DNA of 64,000 nt from Myxococcota bacterium. GTDB taxonomy: Bacteria; Myxococcota_A; UBA9042; PHBI01; JAWLBL01. Positions 20,342 to 32,540 of this stretch are shown piece after piece. The translations under genes and the position numbers were made by a program. The notes under the pieces are model-generated. The model had not been told where the DNA came from and did no database searches. It worked only from the letters and a program-made list of their open reading frames with translations. Positions within the stretch are counted from its first letter, which is position 1. The number at the start of each line of letters is the position of its first letter. The stretch is taken from contig JAWLBL010000028.1 in the NCBI GenBank assembly GCA_041687695.1, forward strand, positions 59,860 through 123,859, written 5' to 3'.

Positions 20342-21265
20342 ATGACGCGGTTCGACACCGGCTACGGCGGCGCCGCGCGCGCGGAGGCGGCGCGTCGGCG
20401 CCCGACGGGTGGCGGCGGCCACACCCCGCTCGTGAAGGCGCTCCTGGCCGTCGACGACGCGACCCCTGCCCATGTGGCCGCCGTCGACGCCTGCGTGGCG
20501 GCCGTGTCCCGGGCTCCAGACTCGATCGAGTATTCGGCCAAGGTAGGCCTCGCCACGCTCGAGCCCTATCGCTTCACCTGGTACTGGGACGTCGGCCGGC
20601 ATCCGCGCGGGCTCGCGCGCGAGATCGTCTCCACCTTCCGCGCGTGCGCCGACCGCACGGGCGCCGTCGTCCCCGAGGCGCTCCTCGACGCACCGTTCGA
20701 CGCCGGCCCGGTGCTGCAGCTCGTCGTCGGGCTCGACGCCCGCCCCGACCCGGCCGCCACGCGCGTCAAGCTCTACGCCGTGCTGTCGCTGGGGGCGCGC
20801 TCGGTCATCGAGGCCCTGGGCGAGCTCTGCGGCGTCCCGCAGCCGCCGCCGTCGGTCGACCTCGACCTGACCTACATCGTCGGGCTCGACTTCGGCCCGC
20901 GCGGCCTCGTCGACATGAAGCTGTACTTCGCCCTCGACGGCCGCTCGGCGCCCCGGCTGCTCCGCGCGCCCTCGAGCGCCGGCGAGCTGCTCTCGCTCAG
21001 CCGCCTCATCGTCTTCCAGCAGGGCCTGGTCGACCCGGCCAAGCGCGCCCTGTTCTTCCACGCCAACGACCGCGCGCTCCTGCGGCGCGAGCTGGCCCGC
21101 TCGCTGGGCCCCGACCGCCCGATGAGCCACCTGTTGACCCGCGCACGCGCCATGGGCGACGTCGTCGGGACCGCGCTCGACCCGTGGATCCTCTCGTACC
21201 CCCTGGTGGGCGGCAGCCTCGAACGCGAGACCTGCAACGTCTACTTCCACTGCCGAAGCACCTGA
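20342..21265 (+). CDS. Putative LynF/TruF/PatF-like (ABBA-fold) prenyltransferase
   Basis: IEYSAK...PYRF, VVGLDARP....RVKLY, VGLDF....MKLYF and terminal NVYF follow the motif order I recall for cyanobactin F proteins; start uncertain. Confidence 0.55.
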   Translation: MTRFDTGYGGAARAEAARRRPTGGGGHTPLVKALLAVDDATPAHVAAVDACVAAVSRAPDSIEYSAKVGLATLEPYRFTWYWDVGRHPRGLAREIVSTFRACADRTGAVVPEALLDAPFDAGPVLQLVVGLDARPDPAATRVKLYAVLSLGARSVIEALGELCGVPQPPPSVDLDLTYIVGLDFGPRGLVDMKLYFALDGRSAPRLLRAPSSAGELLSLSRLIVFQQGLVDPAKRALFFHANDRALLRRELARSLGPDRPMSHLLTRARAMGDVVGTALDPWILSYPLVGGSLERETCNVYFHCRST

Positions 21266-21295
21266 GGCGCCCTTCGCGCGCCAGACGCCGGGCGG

Positions 21296-22324
21296 TCAGG
21301 TGCTACGGCGGCGGCGCAACGCGAGCGCCAGCAGCCCCATGAGCGCCGGCCAGCTCGCGCCCGCGGCCCCGGCGCTGCAGTCGAAGTCCTCGTCCGTGAA
21401 CGCGTCGTCGTCGTCTGCGGGATCGCCGCCATCCGGCGTCGCAGGATCGGCCGGGCCGGTCGGCGTGCCCAGGTCCGCAGGCTCGTAGGCGCCGCCCGAC
21501 GCGGTGGCCAGCCACTGGCGATAGCTCGGCGTGAAGGCGTAGATGCCGCCCTCGCCGCAGGGCAGCTCGACGTCGTCGGAGGCGCGCGACGTCGTGCCCA
21601 CGAGCGCCAGGACGTCGCCGATGGCCAGATACGCCGGGCCGCCCGAGTCGCCCTGGCAGGTGTCCGGCTCGCCGGCGCCCCCCAGGACGAGCTCGGCCTC
21701 GGCCCGGTGCACGAAGGACGTCTCCGCGACGAAGAGCAGGCCGGTGGCCTCGTCGTCGACCGACGTCTTGCCGTAGCCAGACACGATGACCTGGACGCCG
21801 GCGGTCAGGGCGGCGATGGCCTCGGCCTCGCTGGGCAGGGCCGCCGGGGTCAGCTGCGTGACCGCCTCCTCGAGCACCAGGACGCCGATGTCGTCCAGGC
21901 GGCCGGCACCGGAAGCGTGCGGCGGCTGGGGCGCGTAGTTCGGGTAGTCCGGGTGCGCCGTCACGGTCAGCGGCGCGTAGGCCTCTTCCCAGGTCGCCTC
22001 GGCGACGTCGACCAGCCCGGCTACGACCAGGACGTGCTCGGGGCCGAGACGCTCGGTGATGGCTCCCGTGTCCTCGTCCTCGACCACCAGGCAGTGCGCC
22101 GCCGTCACGACGACCCGCGGGGCGATGAGGGTGCCGGTGCAGAAGGCCTCGCCGGTGTCGGGGTCGACCAGGGCGACGGTCGCGTAGAGCTGGTCCTGCG
22201 TGGCCAGCGCGCCGTCGATGATGGGCAGCTGGCGGGTCTCGGTGCCGGCGGCGGCGGGCGGGGCCCATGCCTGGACGAGGAGCGCCGCGGCCGCGAGGGC
22301 CCGGGGAGCGCGGAGGATGTTCAT
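21296..22324 (-). CDS. Trypsin-like (S1) serine protease with MYXO-CTERM-like tail
   Basis: IIDG, CTGTLI..TAAHC, DDIG, DTCQGDSGGP; C-terminus CSAGAAG-hydrophobic-RRRR; ATG at 22324. Confidence 0.92.
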   Translation of the reverse strand: MNILRAPRALAAAALLVQAWAPPAAAGTETRQLPIIDGALATQDQLYATVALVDPDTGEAFCTGTLIAPRVVVTAAHCLVVEDEDTGAITERLGPEHVLVVAGLVDVAEATWEEAYAPLTVTAHPDYPNYAPQPPHASGAGRLDDIGVLVLEEAVTQLTPAALPSEAEAIAALTAGVQVIVSGYGKTSVDDEATGLLFVAETSFVHRAEAELVLGGAGEPDTCQGDSGGPAYLAIGDVLALVGTTSRASDDVELPCGEGGIYAFTPSYRQWLATASGGAYEPADLGTPTGPADPATPDGGDPADDDDAFTDEDFDCSAGAAGASWPALMGLLALALRRRRST

Positions 22325-22752
22325 GGGGTGGGCTCGGAGGGGAGGACGGAGTCGGGGGACGTGGGCGCCGGAGCGTCGTCGGAGGGCGCGCAACGCCCCG
22401 CGTGGCGGACGGCGACGCCGCGAGCCCTTGCGACGCAGGCGTTGCAGTAGAAGCGGCCGTCACAGCCGCAGACGCCGGGGCAGTCGCGCTTGCAGCCCCG
22501 CGGACGTTGGGTGCACACGCCTGCGACCTGCGCGCCGCAGGCGTCGTCGACATGGGCGCAGTAGCCGGCGGCGTCGCACTCGCCGAAGGAAGCGCCGCAG
22601 GCGCCGCCCAGGGGCACCCCGGGCTGCGAGGCCGGGTCCTGGGCCGGGGCTGCAGGCGGTGGGGCTGGGGCCGGCGCGGAGGCGGCCGCGGAACAAGCGG
22701 CGAGGGCCAGCGCGAGGGCGAGGAGCCAGAGGCGGGGCAGGGCGACAAACAT
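22321..22752 (-). CDS. Cys-rich lipoprotein with Kazal-type inhibitor domain
   Basis: LALAA|C lipobox; CKRDCPGVCGCDGRFYCNACVARARGV....GRC Kazal pattern; its stop overlaps the protease ATG. Confidence 0.8.
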   Translation of the reverse strand: MFVALPRLWLLALALALAACSAAASAPAPAPPPAAPAQDPASQPGVPLGGACGASFGECDAAGYCAHVDDACGAQVAGVCTQRPRGCKRDCPGVCGCDGRFYCNACVARARGVAVRHAGRCAPSDDAPAPTSPDSVLPSEPTP

Positions 22753-22879
22753 CGTCGCGACGCTACTCCCAGCCGTGCGGCGGCGCAATCGCGCTCGCGC
22801 GCCGCGCCGGGAAAGCGGCTCGGGCGGGTTGGTCCCGGAATCCTCGTGGCTAGGGTCTGGGTCGGGGAGGGAATCGGCC

Positions 22880-23512
22880 GTGAAGCACGAACCACGAAGC
22901 GCCGAGGTCCGCGTGCGCGGACCGGGGGGCCTAACGGGGACGCTGCGGCCGGGTCGGTCCGAAGACGGCCGGGTGGTGCTCGCGCTCGACGATGGGCGCG
23001 TGGCCCGCCTGCCCGAGGAGGCGATCCGGCGAGGCGGGCTCGGCGAAGGCGAGGGTGAGGTCTGGACGCTGGACGCGGCCGCCGAGGCGGCGCTGCTCGA
23101 GCCGACCGTCGAGCGAGGCGTCCTGCCGGTCGTCCGCGAGGAGGTGGTGGTCGGCAAGCGAGTCGTCGAGGGCGACCGCGTGCGCGTCCGGGTCGAGACC
23201 GGCGAACGGCTCGAGCGTGTCGAACAGGTCCTGGGCCGGGACGTGGTCGAGGTCGAGCGCGTCCCGGTCGGCCGCGTGGTCGAGGCGGGGGAGCCGACGC
23301 CCGAGGCGCGGCGCGAGGGCGAGGTGACGGTGGTGCCCGTCCTGGCCGAGGAGCTGGTGGTGACGCGCCGGCTCGTGCTGGTCGAGGAGGTGCGGATCCG
23401 GCGCCGACGCGAGGAACACACCCAGACGCACGACGTGCTGGTCCGCGAGCAGCGGGTGCGCGTCGAGCGGGAGCCGCCGGAGTCCCCGGACGGGGAGCGC
23501 TCCGGGCGGTAG
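22880..23512 (+). CDS. YsnF/AvaK (DUF2382) domain protein
   Basis: LPVVREEVVVGKR, VEVERVPV, VPVLAEELVV; GTG start after GGGGAGG. Confidence 0.85.
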   Translation: MKHEPRSAEVRVRGPGGLTGTLRPGRSEDGRVVLALDDGRVARLPEEAIRRGGLGEGEGEVWTLDAAAEAALLEPTVERGVLPVVREEVVVGKRVVEGDRVRVRVETGERLERVEQVLGRDVVEVERVPVGRVVEAGEPTPEARREGEVTVVPVLAEELVVTRRLVLVEEVRIRRRREEHTQTHDVLVREQRVRVEREPPESPDGERSGR

Positions 23513-23551
23513 GACCGGGCCGGACAGGCCCGAGGACACAGGGAGGATGCC

Positions 23552-24559
23552 ATGCTGACCGTTCTGGCGATGTTCGAACGGATGGAAGACGCCAAGGCGG
23601 CGCACGACGAGCTCGAGCGCGAGCACCTGGGCAACGTCGACATCGTGAGCCCGAACGACCGGCCGCGGAAGCTGGAGACCTACGGGATCCCCAGCGACGC
23701 CGAGCCGACCTACCTGGAGGCCATCCGGGAGGGGCTCATCATGGTCGTCACGCAGCTGTCGAGTGACCGCACCAGCGACGCGCGCCAGGTGCTGCGCCGG
23801 CACCACCCGGTGGACATGAGCCGCCGCGAAGCCCGAGGCAGCACGGGCATCGGCCGCGCCGGGGACGGCGAGGTCCGGCGCGCGGGCGAGCGCGACGTCA
23901 CGCGGCCCGGTCCGGTGGGCGCGGGCCGCCGCGAGCGCACGGACGTGCGTGGCGAGCGCGGTGGCCGCACCGAGCGGGTGCCGGTGGTCGAGGAGGAGCT
24001 GCGGGTCGGCAAGCGCGAGGTCGAGGAGGGCGGCGTGCGCGTGACGTCGCACGTGACGGAGCGCCCGGTCGAGGAGCACGTCGAGCTGCGCGACGAGCGC
24101 GTCAACGTCGAGCGGCGGCCCGTGGACCGGCCGGCGAGCGACCGCGACTTCCGAGATCGGTCCATCGAAGCGCGCGAGCGCCACGAAGAGGCCGTCGTCG
24201 ACAAGCGGGCGCGCGTCGTCGAGGAGGTCATCGTCACGCGCGAGGCCGGCACGCACACCGAGGACATCCGCGACACGATCCGGCGGACCGACGTGGAGAT
24301 CGAGCGGCTGGGCCTCGACGAGGACTACCGCGCGCACCACGGGCGCAGCTTCCGCGGGCGCGGCGACTACGAGAGCGTCAAGCCCGCCTACCGCTTCGGC
24401 GCCCACATGGCGAGCCAGCCCGAGTACCGTGGCCGCGACTGGTCGATGGTCGAGGGCGACGCCCGCCGGCGCTTCGAGGAGCGTAACCCGGGGCGTTGGG
24501 AGGAGCTGAAGGACGCCGTCCGTCACGGCTACGAGCGGATGCGCTCGAAGACCCGCTGA
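23552..24559 (+). CDS. YsnF/AvaK (DUF2382) domain protein
   Basis: VPVVEEELRVGKREVEEGGVRV, ARVVEEV, C-terminal PAYRFG...WEELKDAVRHGYE. Confidence 0.9.
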   Translation: MLTVLAMFERMEDAKAAHDELEREHLGNVDIVSPNDRPRKLETYGIPSDAEPTYLEAIREGLIMVVTQLSSDRTSDARQVLRRHHPVDMSRREARGSTGIGRAGDGEVRRAGERDVTRPGPVGAGRRERTDVRGERGGRTERVPVVEEELRVGKREVEEGGVRVTSHVTERPVEEHVELRDERVNVERRPVDRPASDRDFRDRSIEARERHEEAVVDKRARVVEEVIVTREAGTHTEDIRDTIRRTDVEIERLGLDEDYRAHHGRSFRGRGDYESVKPAYRFGAHMASQPEYRGRDWSMVEGDARRRFEERNPGRWEELKDAVRHGYERMRSKTR

Positions 24560-24575
24560 CGGCTCCTCGGAGCTG

Positions 24576-24607
24576 GCGCGCGCGGCCAACCGCCTGGCCG
24601 CGCGCGC
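24576..24607. terminator. Hairpin between convergent genes
   Basis: 13-bp perfect stem GCGCGCGCGGCCA/TGGCCGCGCGCGC with a 6-nt loop. Confidence 0.55.
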
Positions 24608-27421
<2,814 letters not shown>

Positions 27422-27523
27422 TCGCTTGCTCCGGGCGATGCGGGGGCGTGCGAAGACCCTAAGCGCGCGTCGGTGCGACACAAACCCGGCTGCCCGGCGC
27501 GACGGGGCCGGAGGCGTCGGCGA

Positions 27524-28333
27524 TCAGGCGATGAGGCAGAAGGTCTGGTGGTTCAAGGCGACCAGGCGCCCCTCGGCGGTCCAGAGCTCGCGGAGCTCGG
27601 CGGCATAGCCTCCGGCGGCCGCGGGCGAGGTCGCGCGGTAGTAGAGCGGGGCGTCGGTCGGCAGGGTGCCGGGGTCGGCCAGCAGCTCGACCGTGCTGGT
27701 GACGGTGGCCATGGGGCGGGGGGCGCGGAAGGTGGTCAGCGCCGCCGGCCAGTAGGCGTCGGCCAGGGCGACGACATAGGCGGCGTCGGGGGAGACCGGG
27801 CCGCGGTAGCGCACCCAGCCGCTGACGGCGCGCTCGGCGGCGCCGCTGAAGGGCGCGGGGCCGGTCGGGCGGTACTCGAAGTGGCGAGAGAACACCGGGG
27901 CGGGCGGCGCCGGCAGGGTCATGGGGCGGGCGTCGCGGAAGTCGCCGGCCGCGGGGGAGGGCAGGGTGGCCCAGTCGCCGTCGGGGACGCGCGCCCGGCC
28001 GAAGAATCCCGTGGCCTGGGCGCACACCCCGTCCCCCTGGAGCAGCCGGGTCTCGACGGCGGTCGTGTGGCGGCCGGCGCGGAGGACCTGCACCGGGAGC
28101 GTCGCGTCGCCCGGCTGCAGGGGGCCGCAGAGGGTCGCCGTCAGGCTGCGGAGCGGCTGGTCGGCTGGGGCGCTCGCCTCCATGACGCGGACGGCGGCGG
28201 CGAGGACCAGCCCGCCGAACGCGCCGCGGCCTTGCTGCCAGCCGTCTGGCACCTGCCACAGCGCGTGGCCGTCCTCGGCGAGGAGCGGCGTCGACAGGGA
28301 CTCGAACGAAGGGGAGGTGGTCTGGGGCATCAT
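27524..28333 (-). CDS. TesB-like double hotdog thioesterase
   Basis: WQQGRGAFGG, ALADAYWP, ELWTAEGRLVA. Confidence 0.85.
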   Translation of the reverse strand: MMPQTTSPSFESLSTPLLAEDGHALWQVPDGWQQGRGAFGGLVLAAAVRVMEASAPADQPLRSLTATLCGPLQPGDATLPVQVLRAGRHTTAVETRLLQGDGVCAQATGFFGRARVPDGDWATLPSPAAGDFRDARPMTLPAPPAPVFSRHFEYRPTGPAPFSGAAERAVSGWVRYRGPVSPDAAYVVALADAYWPAALTTFRAPRPMATVTSTVELLADPGTLPTDAPLYYRATSPAAAGGYAAELRELWTAEGRLVALNHQTFCLIA

Positions 28334-28337
28334 CGGC

Positions 28338-30821
28338 TCATGGGGCGCGGCAATGGGCGCGCTGGGTGCCGTCGTCGCAGACGAGGCCCAGCTTGGCGCA
28401 GTCGGCGTAGCGGTGGGCGCCGAAGGTCTCGTAGACGAGGAGGTTCCCCTGGCACCGGCCCCCGGCCATTCGCTCGAGCGGGCACTGGACGACCGGGCCG
28501 CAGACGAAGGGGTCGGCGATCGACGCGAGGGGGTTGGCTTGGCAAGCGAGGCCCAGCTCGGCGCAGTCGACGGTGGCGTCGCAGCCGACGAGGACGTCGC
28601 CGTCGCAGGCCGTCTTGGCCAGCCCCGCCTCGGCGAGCGACGGGCCCTCACAGGCGTCGCCGAGGCCATCGGAGTCTCCGTCCGCCTGGTCGGGGTTGGC
28701 GATGTACGGGCAGTTGTCCTGGGTGTCCGCGATGCCGTCGCCGTCAGCGTCTCGGAGGCCCGAGCCCAAGTGCACGAGGTCGCAGGCGTCGCCGTGGCCG
28801 TCGGAGCCTGCGTCGGCCTGGTCGGCGTTGGGCACCAGCGGGCAGTTGTCCTGAGCGTCGGGGACGCCGTCGCCATCGGAGTCGGTGTCCCGGTGGTCGG
28901 GGACGCCATCCCCGTCGGTGTCGAGGGGCGGCAGGTGGGGCCAGGGCACACCGGCCTCGTCGGCGCGCCCGTCTCCGTCGTCGTCGGCGTCTCGAAAGTC
29001 GGGCAGGCCGTCGCCGTCGGTGTCACCGGGAGCCTCGAAGACGTCGGCGACGCCGTCGCCGTCCGTGTCGGCGCAGGGGCTCGTGGAGGGCGCGTTGAAG
29101 CTGGCGTAGACGTCGGCGATGGTGGGCAGGGCGCCGCAGCCTTGGGCGGTGACCCGGTCGATGAAGGCCTCGCGGGCGGCCGGCGAGACCTGCCGCCAGC
29201 TCTCGCTGCAGGTGCGCACGGCGACCCCGTCCGGGAAACAGCTCGAGGCCAGGGCGCAGGCGTCGTCCAGCGGGGACGGCGCGGGCACGGGGCTGGTGCA
29301 CCCCTGCAGGGGGCCGGGGCGGGGAGGCGGGGGCGGGTCGGTGACAGGGGCCTCGGGAGGCGCTTGGCGAATGGCGTAGAAGAAGAGGTTCGAGAATTTG
29401 GCGCCGCGGTCGACCGAGTAGAAGGTGAGATAGCTGTCGTCCGAGAGCCTCACCGCCGCGGCCAGGACGCTCGAGTGGCCGCAGCGGTCGGGATCGGTGC
29501 AGGGCGAGGCGGCGAGCGGCACCTCGACGAGGCCGGCGTCTCCCGCGAAGCGGACGAAGCGGTCGGGGGCGTCCGGAGCGCGCAGGACGTGGAGGTCGGC
29601 CGAGAGCGACCGCAGGAGCCCACGGCGCCCCGGCTCGAGCGAGCCTGCGCCCAGGTGGACCTCGTGCATGACCGCGCCGTTCTCGAAGACGACGCAGCGG
29701 TGCTCGGCCAGCCCGCACACCTCGGGGTAGAGGCCGCAGTCCATGGACTGAGAGCACAGGCCCTTGGGGCACTCGCCGAAGGGGTCGTCCTCGGTCGAGG
29801 TGCACGGCGTGTCGGTGACGACGGCCGTCTCGACGGCTCCGAGGCGCGCCGCGAAGGCGTGGCCGTCGCGGCTGAAGCTCTGGAACGTGCCATCGGCGTG
29901 CCCGAGCACCAGGCGTGACCCCGAGGAGCTGGACGCGGGCCAGGTCGCGATGGGGACGCACGCGTTCGGGCTCGACCTCATGGAGCCGTCCGAGGGCAGC
30001 GGGTCGCCCGCGAAGGTGCGGCGCGGCTCGGCGCGCATCAGGCAGGCCGTGACCTTGGGCTTGCCACATTGCCCGTAGCCGATCCACGAGGCGCCACGGT
30101 TGGTCGTGACGTGGTCCGCATAGCAGGTCTCGGCGAACGTGTAGGTGACCTGGTGGCTCACGAACGCGCCGGTGTCGAGGTCCAACTCCTGCCAGTAGTA
30201 GTAGCCCAGGGTGTTGGCCGGGTCGCCTACGTCGACGGCGCGTCCGTCGATCTGCTGGGCATAGCGGCGCACGAGCTTGCCATCGAAGGCCAGCTGCGTG
30301 CCGCCGAACACGCCGCCCAGGACGGGGCTGTAGCTACGCGTGCCCGGGAAGTACTCGGCCACGGCGGCGGTCGAGACCTTCAGCTCGTTGGGGACGTCGG
30401 CGGGAGGGCCCGCGAAGGCGACGAAGAAGATGCGGCCCTGCCAGAGGTGGACCAGGGCGGGCGTCCCGTGCGGGAGTCCGGCCGGGAGGTCCTCGAGCGT
30501 CCAGGTCTCGCCGGCGTCGTCGCTGAGCGCCAGGAGGTAGGCGCTGCTGCCGGTGACCGAGGTCCCCTGGAAAGAGCCGGTCGGCGTGTAGTGGTCTACG
30601 AAGCCCGTGGAGCCGTCGACGAAGAGCACGGCGACCCGGTCGGCGTCCACCGCGACGTCCAGGATGCCGAAGCTGTCGCGCTGGTCGAGGTTGATGATGA
30701 GCGGACCGCTCTCGACCAGGAAGACGGCGTCGGAGCGCAGCGTCACTGGGGCCTCGCCGGCGTCGGCGTCGCACGCGAGCCAGCACAATGCGACCATGAG
30801 CGGCAGGGCGGGGTGGCGCAT
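28338..30821 (-). CDS. Cys-rich lipoprotein with Asp-box (BNR) region and TSP3 repeats
   Basis: CWLA|C lipobox; SDDAGETW and TTNRGASW Asp-boxes; DNCP..NADQAD repeats. Confidence 0.75.
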   Translation of the reverse strand: MRHPALPLMVALCWLACDADAGEAPVTLRSDAVFLVESGPLIINLDQRDSFGILDVAVDADRVAVLFVDGSTGFVDHYTPTGSFQGTSVTGSSAYLLALSDDAGETWTLEDLPAGLPHGTPALVHLWQGRIFFVAFAGPPADVPNELKVSTAAVAEYFPGTRSYSPVLGGVFGGTQLAFDGKLVRRYAQQIDGRAVDVGDPANTLGYYYWQELDLDTGAFVSHQVTYTFAETCYADHVTTNRGASWIGYGQCGKPKVTACLMRAEPRRTFAGDPLPSDGSMRSSPNACVPIATWPASSSSGSRLVLGHADGTFQSFSRDGHAFAARLGAVETAVVTDTPCTSTEDDPFGECPKGLCSQSMDCGLYPEVCGLAEHRCVVFENGAVMHEVHLGAGSLEPGRRGLLRSLSADLHVLRAPDAPDRFVRFAGDAGLVEVPLAASPCTDPDRCGHSSVLAAAVRLSDDSYLTFYSVDRGAKFSNLFFYAIRQAPPEAPVTDPPPPPRPGPLQGCTSPVPAPSPLDDACALASSCFPDGVAVRTCSESWRQVSPAAREAFIDRVTAQGCGALPTIADVYASFNAPSTSPCADTDGDGVADVFEAPGDTDGDGLPDFRDADDDGDGRADEAGVPWPHLPPLDTDGDGVPDHRDTDSDGDGVPDAQDNCPLVPNADQADAGSDGHGDACDLVHLGSGLRDADGDGIADTQDNCPYIANPDQADGDSDGLGDACEGPSLAEAGLAKTACDGDVLVGCDATVDCAELGLACQANPLASIADPFVCGPVVQCPLERMAGGRCQGNLLVYETFGAHRYADCAKLGLVCDDGTQRAHCRAP

Positions 30822-30886
30822 GCGGGACCTCGGCGCGTGGGGGACCGCGTGAATACTGGCGGGGCCTCGGTGGCCGGTCAAGCCGC

Positions 30887-31417
30887 TCAGAGGGCGCGCA
30901 GGCGCAGGCCCAGCTCGGTCGTGTAGCCTACGGTGCGCGACGTGACGCGGCCGTCGGCGTCGAGGACGTAGAAGGTCGGGAAGGCCGAGACGCGCCAGGC
31001 CGAGGCGGTGGCCGCGTCGCCGAGGAGGACCGGGACGTTCAGGGCGTGCTCGGTGGCGAAGCGGCGCACCTCCGCCGGATCCTCGTAGGACAGGGCGACG
31101 GCGTAGATGGCCAGCCCGGCCTCGGGGCGGGCGTCGCGCAGGGCCACGAGGTTGCTCGAGGCCAGGTCGCACACGGTGCACCAGGGGGCGAAGAAGTACA
31201 GGACCGTGGGGCGCCCGCGGGCGTCCTCGAGCGAGACGGCCTCGCCGGTGAGCGTCGGCAGTGACAGGGCCGGCGCCGGCGCGTCGTCGGGGAGCAGGTC
31301 GCGGGTACGCCACCACGAGACGGCCCACAGGACGGCGCCCACCAGCACGAGGTCGATAGCCAGGCGGCGCAGGCGGCGCGGCCAGGGCGAGCGGGCGGGC
31401 GGCGAGGTCTGGTCCAT
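30887..31417 (-). CDS. Membrane-anchored TlpA/redoxin-family thiol-disulfide oxidoreductase
   Basis: N-terminal TM, YFFAPWCTVC, AFPTFYVLD. Confidence 0.9.
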   Translation of the reverse strand: MDQTSPPARSPWPRRLRRLAIDLVLVGAVLWAVSWWRTRDLLPDDAPAPALSLPTLTGEAVSLEDARGRPTVLYFFAPWCTVCDLASSNLVALRDARPEAGLAIYAVALSYEDPAEVRRFATEHALNVPVLLGDAATASAWRVSAFPTFYVLDADGRVTSRTVGYTTELGLRLRAL

Positions 31418-31425
31418 CGGGCGGC

Positions 31426-32424
31426 TCAGGGCTGCTGGCCGAGGGTCGCTTCGAAGACGCGGCCCTCGCCGGTCGCGGCGAAGCGCAGCTCGCCCACGAG
31501 CACCGCCTGGCAGCTCTTCTTCTCGGGGCGCGCGTCCGTCTCGAGCAGGGCGCCGTGACCCTCGCGGTCGACCTCGACCTTCAGCGTCATCGCGTCCCGC
31601 TGCGGGTCGCAGCGCATCAGGCGCGCCCGCTCGCGGCGCAGCACGCCGGCGTCGTCGAGGAGGTCGAAGCGCGCGATGAAGCGCTCGAAGTCGGGCGCGC
31701 CCAGGTCGTACTCGTCAGGCGCGGCGCTGTAGGCCAGCAGCACCACGACCGGCAGCAGCACCGTGTCGCGGCCCACCTGCTTGACCGGGTGGCGAAAGGG
31801 CGCGCGCATCAGCAGGTAGCGCGACTTGAGGATCGTCCGCGGCGCGGCGTCGTCGGAGGTGGCCGCGAGCCCCTCGATGACGAGATCCAGCGCCGGGGCG
31901 CCGGCGAGGGTGCGGCTGCGCTGCGAGACGATGCGGCCGCTGGGGGGGACCGCTGCGGCCGAGGGCGGGCCGGCCGGCGGGCGCGCGTCCTGCGCGAGCC
32001 CGTGGGCGAGCCGCGGTAGGAGCCGCGTGGCCAGCGCGTCGAGCGGGGCCTCGATCAGGGCGTGCTCGAGCGGCAAGGCGCGGGCATAGAGGTGGGCGCT
32101 GGTCAGGCGGTGCTCGAGGCGCAGGTCGTAGCGCGGCACCTGGCCCAGGTTGTCGGGCTGTCCGTTGCCCGTGACGTCCACGAGCACGGACGCGCGGTAC
32201 ATCGCCCCCGACTTCAGCGCCGTGGGCCGCCCTGACGCGTCGGTCTGGTAGTTCTCGACGACCCACTCCTCGGACACGAAGTGCCCGCGCGCCGGGTCGG
32301 CGTAGCCGATGCGATAGGGGTAGAGCGCGTTGTGGACGCCGTCGTCGCGCACCAGGGTGCCGCCCGCGCTGCCGCAGGCCGCGGTGGCGGTCGAGAGCAG
32401 GATGGCGAGGGCCAGGCGGATCAC
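31426..32424 (-). CDS. Hypothetical lipoprotein, paralog A
   Basis: TAA|C lipobox; colinear similarity to the neighbouring gene; GGAG RBS. Confidence 0.8.
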   Translation of the reverse strand: MIRLALAILLSTATAACGSAGGTLVRDDGVHNALYPYRIGYADPARGHFVSEEWVVENYQTDASGRPTALKSGAMYRASVLVDVTGNGQPDNLGQVPRYDLRLEHRLTSAHLYARALPLEHALIEAPLDALATRLLPRLAHGLAQDARPPAGPPSAAAVPPSGRIVSQRSRTLAGAPALDLVIEGLAATSDDAAPRTILKSRYLLMRAPFRHPVKQVGRDTVLLPVVVLLAYSAAPDEYDLGAPDFERFIARFDLLDDAGVLRRERARLMRCDPQRDAMTLKVEVDREGHGALLETDARPEKKSCQAVLVGELRFAATGEGRVFEATLGQQP

Positions 32425-32540
32425 GGCGAGACTCCTGCGGGGGGCGTGGCGAGGGCCGCGGCGGCGGCCCCCCCGGGCAGGAAGGTCACCCAGGGGTCAC
32501 CACGCGTCAACTCACGGCCCCGGCCGCCGGCCCGAGCGGC

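Noticed and set aside
19337..22752. RiPP/cyanobactin cluster around the prenyltransferase-like gene
   Set aside because: No precursor peptide, YcaO or subtilisin-like PatA/G; the adjacent protease is an exported S1 enzyme on the opposite strand
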